Assembly (NCBI GenBank): GCA_031390425.1
Contig: JANMTL010000297.1
Coordinates: 1,055-65,054, forward strand
Source: Rhizobacter sp.
GTDB lineage: Bacteria > Pseudomonadota > Gammaproteobacteria > Burkholderiales > Burkholderiaceae_C
Reading direction: 5' to 3'
Length of the DNA stretch: 64,000 bases
Positions 54,951 to 64,000 of this stretch are shown here, piece after piece; the stretch's first letter is position 1; every line of letters begins with the position of its first letter. The notes below the pieces were generated by a model. The model did no database searches. It was not told the DNA's origin and worked only from the letters and a program-made list of their open reading frames with translations. The position numbers and the translations under genes were made by a program.

Positions 54951-55386
54951 CCGGGTTTCGGCCCGGCTGCCGAGTAACTTTCTTCTGCTGGCACAGAAGA
55001 AAGTCACCAAAGAAGAGTGCCTGAACACCAGACATTTGAGTGTCACGCTGCGGCTACACGCCTACGTCAACGGCTCTGGCACGAGAACACACGCCGAACT
55101 ACCGCGTCGGTTTCCTCGCTCACGTTCAGCCGCTCAAGTTCGACACGGCTCGACCCTGCGGGTCGTCGTAGCGATGACCCGCAGGGTCGAGCCTTTGCGA
55201 CAACAAGCGGATTGACGTTAGCGAGGTACCCGTGGCCGGGGTCCGGTGACCGTTCTCGTGCCAGAGACTCTGCCGTAGGCGTGTAGCCGCAGCGTGACAC
55301 TCAAATGTCTGGTGCTCGGGGCCTCTTTTGGGTTACTTTTTCTGGCCCCGCAGAAAAAGTGACTCGGCAGCCGGGCCGAGACCCGG
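54951..55386. repeat. ~436-bp nested imperfect palindrome (MITE/REP-like element)
   Basis: Perfect 41-bp inverted repeat 55026-55066 / 55274-55314. Perfect 18-bp central hairpin 55147-55164 / 55176-55193. Near-identical outer arms 54951-54988 / 55350-55386. Local hairpins at 54974-55007 and 55332-55363. Confidence 0.8.
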
Positions 55387-55462
55387 CGGGGTTTACCGAA
55401 GCCAGGTCAGCCTCGCTGCGCGAAAATCACAGCGTTTGAACACGCAGAAATTCAGCGCCGAC

Positions 55463-57019
55463 ATGAACGACAACCTCTATTGCGCGTTACGCGAAGCCTT
55501 CCCCGAAGACATCGACAAAACCGCCATCGAAACCGCCGACGGCGAACCACTGTTCTACACCTGGCGTGACCTCGATCGCAGCAGCGCGATGATCGCCAAC
55601 CTGCTGACGGCGCTTGCGCTTCCAGCGGATTCAAGGGTCCTGGTGCAGACCGACAAGTCGGTCGAAGCGCTGATCCTGTACCTGGCCGTGCTGCGCGCCG
55701 GGCTGGTCTACGTGCCGCTGAACGGCGCGTATCAAGCGAGTGAATTGGGCTACTTCATCGGCGATGCCGAGCCCGCCGTGGTGGTGTGCGCATCAAGAGA
55801 CTTCGGCTGGATTTCCAAGATCGCGTTTCGCGCTGGCACCCGCCACGTCTACACCCTCGACGACAACCGCAGCGGCAGCCTGCTGCAACGCGCGCTGAAC
55901 CAGCCGGACACGCAGACACCGGTGCAGCGGTCGACCACCGATGTGGCCAGCATCATCTACACCAGTGGCACCACCGGCCACAGCAAGGGCGCGATGCTCA
56001 GCCACGGCAACCTGCTCTGCAATGCGCAGGTGCTGAAGACGCTGTGGGGCTGGCGCGCCGAGGCCGAAGGCGGCGATGTGTTGCTCCACGCCTTGCCGCT
56101 GTTCCATGTGCACGGCCTGTTCGTCGCCTCGCACGGTGCATTGCTCAGTGGCAGCAAGATGCTGTGGTTCGCGAAGTTCAGTGCGCGCGCGGTCACCGCC
56201 CGGCTGCCCGAGGCGACCGTGTTCATGGGAGTGCCGACGCTGTACGTGCGGCTGCTTGCCGAGCCGACCTTCAACGCCGACGCGTGCCGAACCATGCGCC
56301 TGTTCATCAGCGGCTCGGCACCGTTGCTGGCCGGGACCTTCCGACAGTTCGTCGAGCGCAGCGGCCACACCATCCTGGAGCGCTACGGCATGAGCGAGAC
56401 GGTGATGCTGACCTCGAATCCCTACTCGACACCTCCCGACGCGCCGCAGCTCGGCCGCATCGCGGGCACGGTGGGCTTTGCCTTGCCGGGTGTCGATCTG
56501 CGGGTGAGCGACGACGCTGACTCATCCGCTGAGCCAGGCGAAATCGGCGCCGTCGAAGTGCGCGGTCCGGGCATTTTCCAGGGCTACTGGCGGATGCCCG
56601 AGAAGACGACAGAAGAGTTCACCGCCGACGGCTGGTTCAAGACCGGGGACGTCGGCCAGCTCGACGTGCATGGCCGCTTGACGCTGATCGGTCGCAGCAA
56701 GGACCTGATCATCAGCGGTGGCTACAACGTCTACCCGGCCGAAGTCGAGGGCTACCTCGACGAGTTGCCCGGCATCGACGAAAGCGCAGTGATCGGCGTG
56801 CCGCATCCCGACTTCGGCGAAGCGGTGATCGCAGTGGTGGTGCCGCGCGTCGGGGCCATCATCGATCCCGAGGCCTGCATCGCGGCGCTGAAGCAGCGCA
56901 TCGCGGGATTCAAGGTGCCCAAGCAGGTGATGGTGGCAGCACAGTTGCCGCGCAACGCGATGGGCAAGGTGCAAAAGGCGCTGCTGCGAGAGCAGCACCG
57001 GGCGGTGTTCGCAGACTGA
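55463..57019 (+). CDS. matB: malonyl-CoA synthetase-like AMP-dependent acyl-CoA ligase
   Basis: Start at ATG 55463. The ORF-track start 55328 lies inside the palindrome. The N-terminus MNDNLYCALREAFPED...SVEALILYLAVLRAGLVYVPLNGAYQASELGYFIGDAEP closely parallels rhizobial MatB. AMP motifs IIYTSGTTGHSKGA, GWFKTGD and GKVQK. Confidence 0.75.
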   Translation: MNDNLYCALREAFPEDIDKTAIETADGEPLFYTWRDLDRSSAMIANLLTALALPADSRVLVQTDKSVEALILYLAVLRAGLVYVPLNGAYQASELGYFIGDAEPAVVVCASRDFGWISKIAFRAGTRHVYTLDDNRSGSLLQRALNQPDTQTPVQRSTTDVASIIYTSGTTGHSKGAMLSHGNLLCNAQVLKTLWGWRAEAEGGDVLLHALPLFHVHGLFVASHGALLSGSKMLWFAKFSARAVTARLPEATVFMGVPTLYVRLLAEPTFNADACRTMRLFISGSAPLLAGTFRQFVERSGHTILERYGMSETVMLTSNPYSTPPDAPQLGRIAGTVGFALPGVDLRVSDDADSSAEPGEIGAVEVRGPGIFQGYWRMPEKTTEEFTADGWFKTGDVGQLDVHGRLTLIGRSKDLIISGGYNVYPAEVEGYLDELPGIDESAVIGVPHPDFGEAVIAVVVPRVGAIIDPEACIAALKQRIAGFKVPKQVMVAAQLPRNAMGKVQKALLREQHRAVFAD

Positions 57020-57045
57020 GTGCGCGACCGCGTGAGGCGCCCGCG

Positions 57046-57086
57046 AAAAAGCCGACGGATCTCGCAATCCGTCGGCTTCGTCTTTT
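57046..57086. terminator. bidirectional rho-independent terminator between convergent matB-like and MFS operons
   Basis: 10-bp stem gccgacggat/atccgtcggc (57051-57060 and 57067-57076) with AAAAA upstream and a T-rich tail downstream. A second hairpin cttcgcc/ggcgaag lies at 57090-57108. Confidence 0.65.
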
Positions 57087-57113
57087 CAACTTCGCCGTTC
57101 AGGCGAAGCGGAT

Positions 57114-57284
57114 TTACTGGCTCGCAGCCGGTGCCGGGGTGGCCGGCGCCGACGCACTCGCCGGTGCCTCATGAGCGGCATCCATGCCGTGCTTTTCGCC
57201 GCTCATGTCGATGTCCCCGCCCTTCATCAGCACGAAGATCGCCAGCGCCGCGAACAGCGCGAATCCAACGGCCAGTTTCCACAT
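57114..57284 (-). CDS. 56-aa single-pass small membrane protein (possible MFS accessory subunit)
   Basis: GAGGAG RBS overlapping the MFS stop codon, then ATG 57284. MWKLAVGFALFAALAIFVLMKGG followed by an Ala/Pro-rich tail. A terminator follows. Confidence 0.4.
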   Translation of the reverse strand: MWKLAVGFALFAALAIFVLMKGGDIDMSGEKHGMDAAHEAPASASAPATPAPAASQ

Positions 57285-57297
57285 GGTCGGGTACTCC

Positions 57298-59001
57298 TCA
57301 GTCCTGGGCGTAGATGTCCACGTCCTTGGTTTCCTTGACGAACAGCATGCCGATGACGAAGGTCGCGCCGGCGATGACGATCGGGTACCACAGACCGTTG
57401 TAGATGTTGCCGGTCTGCGCCACGATGCCGAAGGCGATGGTCGGCAGCAGGCCACCAAACCAGCCGTTGCCGATGTGGTACGGCAGGCTCATGGAGGTGT
57501 AGCGGATGCGGGTCGGGAACAACTCGACCAGCATCGCCGCGATCGGGCCGTAGACCATCGTCACGTAGATCACCAGCAGCGTCAGGATCGCCACGACCAG
57601 CGGCTTGTTGATCTTGGCCGGATCGGCTTTCGGCGGATAGCCAGCGGCCTTGGTGGCTTCGGCGACGGCCTTCTTGAACTCGGCGATCTTGGCCTTGCTT
57701 TCGGGCTCGAACGAGTTGCCGTCTGCGGTCAGCGTGGCGTTCAGCGACGAGATCTCGACCCCGCCCAGCTTGACGCTGGCGACGGTGCCTGCTGGGGCCT
57801 CGATGATTTCGTAGTTGACGGCGGCCTGTGCCAGGGTGCGCTTGGCGATGTCGCACGAAGTGCGGAAATTCACCTCACGCGCGATCGGGCTGCCCTGGAA
57901 CGAGCATTGGGCCTGGTCGACCACCAGCGTGACCGGCACGTCTTTCTGCGCCTTCGCCAGGTCGGGGTTGGCCGCCGCAGTCAACGCGTTGAACAGCGGG
58001 AAGTAGGTCAGCGCAGCGATCAGGCAGCCAGCCATGATGATCGGCTTGCGGCCGATCTTGTCGGAGAGCGAACCGAACACCAGGAAGAACGGCGTGCCGA
58101 TCAGCAGCGATATCGCGATCAGGATGTTGGCGGTCGCACCGTCGACTTTCAGCGCCTGCGTCAGGAAGAACAGCGCATAGAACTGGCCGGTGTACCAGAC
58201 CACGGCTTGGCCGGCAGTCAAGCCCACCAGCGCAATGATCACGATCTTCAGGTTCTTCCACTCGCCGAAGGATTCGGTCAGCGGCGCCTTCGAGGTTTTG
58301 CCCTCTTCCTTCATCTTCTTGAAGGCCGGCGACTCGTTCATGCTCAGCCGAATCCACACGCTGATGCCGAGCAGGATGATCGACAACAAGAACGGAACGC
58401 GCCATCCCCAATCGGCGAATTTTTCCTCGCCCAGCAGGGTCCGCGTGCCCAGAATCACCATCAAGCTCAGGAACAGGCCCAAGGTGGCTGTGGTCTGGAT
58501 CCACGAGGTGTAAGCACCGCGCTTGCCCTGCGGGGCGTGCTCGGCAACGTAGGTCGCAGCCCCCCCGTATTCACCGCCGAGCGCCAGGCCTTGCAACATG
58601 CGCAGGCCGATCAGGATGACCGGCGCCGCCCAGCCGATGGCAGCGAAGTTGGGCAGGATGCCGACGATGAACGTGGACAGGCCCATGATCAGAATCGTGA
58701 CCAGGAAGGTGTACTTGCGGCCGATCATGTCGCCCAGGCGCCCGAACACCAGCGCACCGAACGGCCGCACGATGAAGCCGGCGGCAAATGCCAGCAACGC
58801 GAAAATGAACGCCGCACCAGCATCGAGGCCGGAGAAGAACTGCTTGGCGATGATGGCTGCGAGTGATCCGTACAAATAGAAGTCGTACCACTCGAACACC
58901 GTTCCGAGACTCGAAGCGAAGATGACTTTCTTCTCGGTCGGAGTCATCGGTGCTTTGTCGGGCACCGCGCCCTTGAGGTTGTTTGCTGTTGTCGTTGCCA
59001 T
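57298..59001 (-). CDS. MFS transporter, metabolite:H+ symporter (MHS) family, with ~125-aa inserted loop domain
   Basis: Start at ATG 59001 behind a GGAGA RBS. MHS-type N-terminus SSLGTVFEWYDFYLYGSLAA and GRLGDMIGRK. 12 TM segments with an extra soluble segment between TM9 and TM10. Confidence 0.85.
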   Translation of the reverse strand: MATTTANNLKGAVPDKAPMTPTEKKVIFASSLGTVFEWYDFYLYGSLAAIIAKQFFSGLDAGAAFIFALLAFAAGFIVRPFGALVFGRLGDMIGRKYTFLVTILIMGLSTFIVGILPNFAAIGWAAPVILIGLRMLQGLALGGEYGGAATYVAEHAPQGKRGAYTSWIQTTATLGLFLSLMVILGTRTLLGEEKFADWGWRVPFLLSIILLGISVWIRLSMNESPAFKKMKEEGKTSKAPLTESFGEWKNLKIVIIALVGLTAGQAVVWYTGQFYALFFLTQALKVDGATANILIAISLLIGTPFFLVFGSLSDKIGRKPIIMAGCLIAALTYFPLFNALTAAANPDLAKAQKDVPVTLVVDQAQCSFQGSPIAREVNFRTSCDIAKRTLAQAAVNYEIIEAPAGTVASVKLGGVEISSLNATLTADGNSFEPESKAKIAEFKKAVAEATKAAGYPPKADPAKINKPLVVAILTLLVIYVTMVYGPIAAMLVELFPTRIRYTSMSLPYHIGNGWFGGLLPTIAFGIVAQTGNIYNGLWYPIVIAGATFVIGMLFVKETKDVDIYAQD

Positions 59002-59179
59002 GTCTGATGTCTCCTGTGGGATCTCGGCTCCGCCCCTCGACGGAACCACCGTGGATGATCACCACAGGCTCTGACCCCGTCCTGACGCGGTGCTGAACGA
59101 ATCCTGACGAATTGCGTAGAAACCCGTGATACCGGTTTCTCTATGTGGAATTTTTATCGATCTTCGTCGGGCGGTGGGC

Positions 59180-59404
59180 TCACGAGTCAGGCCATTGAAC
59201 CGGCGCAGACCCTTCTTTGCGGCGCTGCGTCAACCGCCGCCACAGCATGAGCTTGTCGCGGTCGACCAGCTTGCCCCAGTCTGCGATCTCCCCTCGGGTG
59301 CGCAGGCAGCCGTCGCACCAGCCGGTCGCGTCGTTCATGCGGCAGACACCGACGCACGGGCTGGGGACGTAAGAATAGGCGGTGGGTGACGGGGGCAGGT
59401 TCAT
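59180..59404 (-). CDS. DUF1289 (YdhL-like) cysteine-motif protein
   Basis: 74 aa from ATG 59404. SPCVGVCRMNDATGWCDGCLRTRGEI is the DUF1289 signature. Confidence 0.7.
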   Translation of the reverse strand: MNLPPSPTAYSYVPSPCVGVCRMNDATGWCDGCLRTRGEIADWGKLVDRDKLMLWRRLTQRRKEGSAPVQWPDS

Positions 59405-59510
59405 GACGACCCAGGGTGACGGCGCGGTGACGGCTGGCGGCGATTGTGACTGCGGGCCGCGCCGTCGCCGCTGCGCCGCGCTTTGCAACGGCAGTCGCAG
59501 GCGATGCCGA

Positions 59511-60134
59511 TCAACCTGGTTGCTCGGCCGGGCGACCCCAAGCGGTGACGCGCGTGGCCAACTGGCGCAGGAAGCGCCCGAGCACCCAGATCAGCCCGAC
59601 CATCGCCGCCACAGTCACCAGCAACAGCGCGGCGAACAGCAGCGGATGCGTCCACGACAGCCACAGCGCGGTCGGCACCAGCGCATCGCCGAGCAGCGAC
59701 ATGCCGACGTTGGAGAACGGTTCGGGCGACGTGTTGACGGCTGCGCGGGTGGTGGCCTTGGCGAGGTGACTGGTCGTGGCCAGCGTGCCGCCCATCAAGG
59801 CGGCGGCCAGCGCCCAGCTCGGTTGGTCGGCACCAAACACCGCCGCCGCCAGCGCGGCGCCGGCCGGAATGCGCACCAGCGTGTGAATCACATCCCACAG
59901 GGTGTCGAGCCCCGGAATCTTGTCGACGAAGAACTCGATGAACAGCATGAAGCCGCTGGCCCCGAGCATCAACGGGCTTTGCAGCAGCTTCAGACCGGTC
60001 GGCAGATCGACCCAGCCCAACGTGCCCGCCAGTCCGGTCAGGAACACGACCGCGTAGAGCCGCAGCCCGCTGGCCCAGCCGAGAGCTGCGGCGATCGCCA
60101 GCAGTTGCGTGGTGTCGAGCGGGGGCAACGTCAT
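59511..60134 (-). CDS. DUF4126 family membrane protein
   Basis: 207 aa with multiple helices. The N-terminus LLAIAAALGWASGLRLYAVVFLTGLAG is typical of DUF4126. Confidence 0.65.
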   Translation of the reverse strand: MTLPPLDTTQLLAIAAALGWASGLRLYAVVFLTGLAGTLGWVDLPTGLKLLQSPLMLGASGFMLFIEFFVDKIPGLDTLWDVIHTLVRIPAGAALAAAVFGADQPSWALAAALMGGTLATTSHLAKATTRAAVNTSPEPFSNVGMSLLGDALVPTALWLSWTHPLLFAALLLVTVAAMVGLIWVLGRFLRQLATRVTAWGRPAEQPG

Positions 60135-60164
60135 GGCTTCAGGTCACGGTCGTTCAGTTCGACG

Positions 60165-60566
60165 TCAATGGCGCCAAACGCGCAAACCGCGCAACCGCTC
60201 GAAAGCGTCGAAATCGGCGTCGCGGTGCAGCAGCGCCTGATCGTGCTCGATGCAGAAGGTGGCGATCAACACATCGATGCCACTGCGGACGGTGCAGCCC
60301 GACGCGCGCAGTGCGCGGTCGTGCCCCGCTGCGGCGAGCGACAGCGCCTCGCCGCCGCTGGTTTCGACCGACAGCGACCGCGTCAGCCGCTCGGCTTGGC
60401 GGTAATCCCGTTCACCGCGAAAGCCACGCAACACCACGAACAGCACCAGATCGGGCACGACGATCTCCACCTCACCATCGTCCAGCAGCCGACGCAAGGC
60501 GGCACGCGCCGGATTGGGCGTGCCGTTGAAGAAATCGATCCAGACGCTGGAATCCACGACGACCAC
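60165..60566 (-). CDS. vapC: PIN-domain toxin VapC
   Basis: 133 aa. MVVVDSSVWIDFF..., IDVLIATFCIEH..LLHRDADFD. Confidence 0.8.
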   Translation of the reverse strand: MVVVDSSVWIDFFNGTPNPARAALRRLLDDGEVEIVVPDLVLFVVLRGFRGERDYRQAERLTRSLSVETSGGEALSLAAAGHDRALRASGCTVRSGIDVLIATFCIEHDQALLHRDADFDAFERLRGLRVWRH

Positions 60567-60590
60567 AGACAGGGGCTCCGATGAACAGCG

Positions 60591-60866
60591 TCAGCGCGGC
60601 GAGCGGTGCCCGCCAGACGCCACGCTGTCTTGCGCCAACACGGGCTCAGGTGCGCGAGCGCTCTCGTCCCCGGTGGCCGACACCGTCGCGGTGGCGGCTT
60701 CAGCATCCCACGGCAACTTGCCCTCCCAGCGCAGGATCTCCCGGTACGCCGCCTGACGCGCCAGCAACTTCAAGCCCGCTTCGACCGCGTCTTTCTTGGT
60801 CTTGTATGGACCAGCGCGCATCGCAGCGTCCAGCAGGCCGGGATCGATGACGATGTTGGTTCGCAT
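60591..60866 (-). CDS. vapB: VapB-family antitoxin
   Basis: MRTNIVIDPGLLDAAMRAGPYKTKKDAVEAGLKLLARQAAY matches the short type II VapB antitoxin family. Has a longer low-complexity C-terminal tail. Confidence 0.7.
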   Translation of the reverse strand: MRTNIVIDPGLLDAAMRAGPYKTKKDAVEAGLKLLARQAAYREILRWEGKLPWDAEAATATVSATGDESARAPEPVLAQDSVASGGHRSPR

Positions 60867-60995
60867 GATGTGTATTGAGTATCAACCTTGTGCGCATCAT
60901 ACTCGTCGACACGGCGCAGCGGAAGGTCCGAACACACCGGCGCCGATCGCCGCTCGGCCGCACCGAAGCTCGTACACACCCCACCGGATCGACTG

Positions 60996-61604
60996 CTAAC
61001 GCGCAGTTCGACCCTGCGGAGAATGACTTTTTCTACCGGCCCGGGTCGGACCGGGTGCCTGACCGCACACCGCCGGAGCAAACCATTCGGTGATCAGCAG
61101 CGGCACGCCGCGCCGGGTGAAAACCGATCGGCGGTACCACAGCGGCATGCCGCTCCATTTCAGGCGCTCACCAAGGCGGCGCGCGCGCAGCGGCGGCATG
61201 CGGCCGCTGCCGAGGCGGTTGCAGCAAGCGGCCCGCAGACCGAACAGCAAGTCGGCCAGTGGTCGGCTGCCCAGGCCGCGCAGGGCGCGCCAGGTGAGCA
61301 GCGACTGCACTGCGGGCAGCACGGTGCGGGCATGCACCAGCGCCTGCCCATCGCCCCACAGCATCACCTCGCGCACATGGCAGCGAAGCACCCGCGCGCA
61401 GGGTCGGCCTGCGCGGCGCAAGGCCCGCAGTTCATCGGCCCGTGCGGGCGCAGCACCCTGCTTCAGCACCTGCACCTCGAACCCACCAAACGCCTGTGCG
61501 AGGCGCCGACTGAGCGAGCCATCGGACTCCAACCAGGCGCGCAAGGCCCGATCGACCGGTGCGGCCCGAGCCGTTGGATGCCCGCCAGGTGTGGCCGGGT
61601 GCAT
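60996..61604 (-). CDS. ubiC: chorismate--pyruvate lyase
   Basis: Start at ATG 61604. WLESDGSLSRRL, REVMLWGDGQALVHARTVLP, LGSRPLADLLF and WYRRSVFTRRGVPLLITEWFAP parallel E. coli UbiC motifs. Confidence 0.7.
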   Translation of the reverse strand: MHPATPGGHPTARAAPVDRALRAWLESDGSLSRRLAQAFGGFEVQVLKQGAAPARADELRALRRAGRPCARVLRCHVREVMLWGDGQALVHARTVLPAVQSLLTWRALRGLGSRPLADLLFGLRAACCNRLGSGRMPPLRARRLGERLKWSGMPLWYRRSVFTRRGVPLLITEWFAPAVCGQAPGPTRAGRKSHSPQGRTAR

Positions 61605-61611
61605 CACAAGA

Positions 61612-62064
61612 TCATGCCGCCAGGTCCTTGACGAGGATGGTTCCGCGTGACACCAGTGCAGGCTTTGCGTGGGCGACCGACGCGCTGCCGTCCAGGTGCA
61701 CCAGCAACCCGTGCAGCCTGTCGTTCCACTCGGCGGTGGCAACCCGCCATTGCAGCACGATGTCCTGGTCCGCGAACACCGGGCCCTTGAAGGCGAAGTT
61801 CATGTTCAGGCACAGCATCTCGCGCTTGATGCCATCGTCGTCGCGCGAGAAATGCGTGGCCAGCAAACCCATCATGATGGCGCTGGTGTGCTGGCCGCTC
61901 GCGATGATTTCGCCGAAGCGCGCGCGTTGCGCCATCGAGGTGTCGGTGTGCAACGGGTTCCGGTCGCCGCTGAGTTGGGCGAACGCAGCGATGTCCTCGC
62001 GCGAGTAACGCATCACCCGGGACACTTTCTCTCCCACAACGACGAGCGGGTTCTTGTCGGTCAT
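61612..62064 (-). CDS. MaoC-like (R)-hydratase hotdog-fold protein
   Basis: 150 aa. FAQLSGDRNPLHTD...FGEIIASGQHT is the MaoC dehydratase signature. Confidence 0.75.
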   Translation of the reverse strand: MTDKNPLVVVGEKVSRVMRYSREDIAAFAQLSGDRNPLHTDTSMAQRARFGEIIASGQHTSAIMMGLLATHFSRDDDGIKREMLCLNMNFAFKGPVFADQDIVLQWRVATAEWNDRLHGLLVHLDGSASVAHAKPALVSRGTILVKDLAA

Positions 62065-62092
62065 CTCGATTCGCCAAAAAGTTCAAGGCCGT

Positions 62093-63895
62093 TCAGCTGG
62101 CACCCGCGTTCGCCACGGCGAGCAACTGCATCTTGCGTTGGTGCTCGAACCGCTTGGTCGACTCGTACGGAAAAACGTCGTGTACGTGGCCCGCGAGGAT
62201 GCGTTCCTTGTGCTCTTGCCAGAACGCGGCGTCGAGCAGGTCGGCGTGATGCTTCAGGAACACCTCGCGCACCTTGGCGTTGCAGAGCAGGAAGGGGCGA
62301 AAGGTCTCCGGAAACACGTCTTTCGGACCGACGGTGTACCAGACCTCGCCGGACATTTCCTCCTCTTCGTTGCGTGGCTCGGGCACGCGGCGGAACTGGC
62401 AGTCGGTGATGTATTCGATCTCGTCGTAGTCGTAGAACACCACCTTGCCATGCCGCATCACACCGAAGTTTTTCCACAGCATGTCGCCCGGAAAGATGTT
62501 GGCGGCCACCAGGTCCTTGATCGCATTGCCGTACTCGATCACCGCCTGCGTGATTTGTACGGGCGAGGCTTCTTGAAGGTAGATGTTCAGCGGGATCATG
62601 CGCCGCTCGATGTAGACATGGCGGATGACCAAATCGTCGCCGTCTTCTTCGAGCAGGCTGGGGCAGAACTTCTTCAGCTCATCGACCAGTTCGTCGTCGA
62701 AGCGCGCGCGCGGGAAGGCCACATTGCTGTACTCCAGCGTGTCGGCCATGCGGCCCACGCGGTCGTGTTGCTTGACCAGCAGGTACTTGCTCTTGATGAT
62801 TTCGCGCGTCGTTTCCTTTTGCGGCGGGTAGTAGTCCTTGATGACCTTGAACACATACGGGAACGACGGCAGGTCGAACACCAGCATCACCATGCCCTTG
62901 ATGCCGGGTGCGATGCGGAACTGGTCGGACGAATGCCGCAGGTGCGCGAGAAAGTCGCGGTAGAACAAATTCTTGCCCTGCTTTTGCAGGCCGAGCGCGC
63001 TGTAGATCTCGCTGCGCGGCTTGCGCGGCATCATCGACCGCAGGAATTGCACAAAGGCAGACGGCACCTCCATGTCGACCATGAAATAAGCGCGCGCAAA
63101 GCTGAACAGCAGCAGCAACTCTTCCTCACCGAACAGCACCGCATCGATCGCGATCGATCCCGTCGGCGTGTGCAGGATCGGCAGCGCAAACGGCGTTTCC
63201 CGGTAGCCATTGATGACCTTGCCCACCAGGTACGCGCCCTTGTTGCGAAAGAACAGCGAGTTCAGCACCTGGATCTGGAAATTGGCGCGCGGCCGGTAGT
63301 CGCCCAACTGCTGCTCGACGGCTGCCAGCACGTGGTCGATGTCGCGGTCGAGGTCTGCGAACGGGCGCTGCAAGTCGAAGTGATCGACGATGCGCCGCCA
63401 GGTGTCGCGCAGCGTCTCCTTGGTCGGGTAGTAGGCGAAGTACGACGGCTTCGCGGCGGGCTCGACGTTCTCGATGTACTCGGTCGACACCGCGGGCCGC
63501 ACGAAGATGAAATCGTTGTTGAAGTAGCTGCGGTGCAAGATTTTGGTCGTGACCGAGTTGAAGAAGGTCTCGGCGAGTTCGGGCTGGTGGTGGTTGATCA
63601 ACAGCCCGATGTAATGCAGCTTGACCTGCTGCCATACCTCCGAGCTGAGCTCGCTGGCCTTGAACTCGGTCTGCAGGCGTTCGGCGGCTTCGTCGACGCG
63701 CGCGTCGTAGTACTCGATGCGCTCGCGCTGCCCGCGCTGCTGGCCGTGCCAGTCGGCTTCCTCGAAGCGGCGCTTGGCGGCGGCACTGGCCTCGCGGAAC
63801 AGCCGGTAGTGGCGATTAAATCCATCGAGCATCGCCTGAGCGATGTCGAACGCGCGCGCATCGGTCAGCGCCGGCGGGAACACGGCCCCCTGCAT
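62093..63895 (-). CDS. aceK: isocitrate dehydrogenase kinase/phosphatase
   Basis: 600 aa from ATG 63895. [18 protein letters not shown]..., VFKVIKD and [24 protein letters not shown] are AceK hallmarks. Confidence 0.9.
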   Translation of the reverse strand: MQGAVFPPALTDARAFDIAQAMLDGFNRHYRLFREASAAAKRRFEEADWHGQQRGQRERIEYYDARVDEAAERLQTEFKASELSSEVWQQVKLHYIGLLINHHQPELAETFFNSVTTKILHRSYFNNDFIFVRPAVSTEYIENVEPAAKPSYFAYYPTKETLRDTWRRIVDHFDLQRPFADLDRDIDHVLAAVEQQLGDYRPRANFQIQVLNSLFFRNKGAYLVGKVINGYRETPFALPILHTPTGSIAIDAVLFGEEELLLLFSFARAYFMVDMEVPSAFVQFLRSMMPRKPRSEIYSALGLQKQGKNLFYRDFLAHLRHSSDQFRIAPGIKGMVMLVFDLPSFPYVFKVIKDYYPPQKETTREIIKSKYLLVKQHDRVGRMADTLEYSNVAFPRARFDDELVDELKKFCPSLLEEDGDDLVIRHVYIERRMIPLNIYLQEASPVQITQAVIEYGNAIKDLVAANIFPGDMLWKNFGVMRHGKVVFYDYDEIEYITDCQFRRVPEPRNEEEEMSGEVWYTVGPKDVFPETFRPFLLCNAKVREVFLKHHADLLDAAFWQEHKERILAGHVHDVFPYESTKRFEHQRKMQLLAVANAGAS

Positions 63896-64000
63896 CACAG
63901 CGCCCCCGTCGGCGCGGCACCGCCGACCGGCGTGCGGCGTGCATGCACCGCGTCCAGCGCCAGCTGGTAGGCGTCACGCACCTGGTCGGGCCGCGATACG
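63895..64000 (-). CDS. C-terminal end of an unidentified gene (continues beyond window end)
   Basis: Open frame ...[34 protein letters not shown] ending at a TGA that overlaps the aceK ATG (TGATG). Too short to assign. Confidence 0.3.
   Translation of the reverse strand, partial: VSRPDQVRDAYQLALDAVHARRTPVGGAAPTGAL

Noticed and set aside
55328-55462. N-terminal extension of the matB-like ORF
   Set aside because: It is encoded by the right arm of the palindromic repeat. Homologous MatB-type proteins begin at the MNDNLY... position.
57285-57458. Upstream part of the 114-aa ORF 57114-57458
   Set aside because: It overlaps the C-terminal coding region of the MFS gene in another frame. Only the last 56 codons, which have their own RBS, are considered plausible.
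59118-59140. Hairpin agaaacc/ggtttct between DUF1289 and the MFS gene
   Set aside because: It has a 7-bp stem with a 9-nt loop and no adjacent T-run on the relevant strand. It is too weak to call a terminator or operator.
62054-63970. 638-aa plus-strand ORF opposite aceK
   Set aside because: It is a shadow ORF. The minus-strand product has AceK hallmarks throughout.
1-64000. Search by eye for tRNA, rRNA, integrase, transposase, phage or defence-system genes (restriction-modification, Cas, abortive infection)
   Set aside because: None was recognised. Intergenic regions are short, and every long ORF with sensible composition is accounted for above. The only defence-adjacent items are the stand-alone HNH endonuclease and two VapBC pairs.

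Overview
This is a high-GC proteobacterial chromosomal segment. The gene content looks betaproteobacterial (Burkholderiales-like), but that is a guess because no search was possible.

Left flank (1-11056): an amino-acid-binding protein fragment, an Atm1-type ABC exporter, and a fatty-acid beta-oxidation block (thioesterase, enoyl-CoA hydratase, thiolase, bifunctional 3-hydroxyacyl-CoA dehydrogenase, acyl-CoA dehydrogenase). The block is interrupted by a ~300-bp inverted-repeat element carrying a DUF559 gene fragment. An HNH endonuclease and a glycine-zipper lipoprotein follow.

Centre (about 11071-43679): a ~32-kb cell-surface island with mosaic base composition. In order it holds:
- a TPR-2OG-oxygenase fusion, a frameshifted glycosidase-like gene and a radical SAM/SPASM enzyme;
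- an acyltransferase-3, a GT-C-like membrane protein and a GtrB-like GT2;
- a complete Xps-order type II secretion operon (gspEFGHIJKLM-N/C-D) and a lipoprotein;
- a 580-aa orphan secreted protein with its own terminator and a secreted parvulin PPIase;
- the wzm/wzt polysaccharide ABC exporter and an LpxL-family-like acyltransferase;
- a TPR-OGT (SPINDLY-like) glycosyltransferase, a 1334-aa methyltransferase/coiled-coil/GT2/GT4 fusion and a further GT2.

Right flank (43815-64000): ahpCF, two VapBC-type toxin-antitoxin pairs, a 1935-aa tandem-duplicated UvrA-like ATPase, a PAS hybrid histidine kinase and a ~440-bp nested palindromic repeat. Then come a malonyl-CoA-synthetase-like ligase, an MHS-family MFS transporter with an inserted periplasmic domain plus a tiny downstream ORF, DUF1289, DUF4126, chorismate lyase, a MaoC dehydratase and aceK.

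No rRNA, tRNA, CRISPR array, integrase or transposase was recognised.

The most interesting hypothesis is that the T2SS, the adjacent orphan secreted protein, its foldase and the surrounding glycan and TPR-enzyme genes form one dedicated system for exporting and anchoring a surface-layer-like (glyco)protein.
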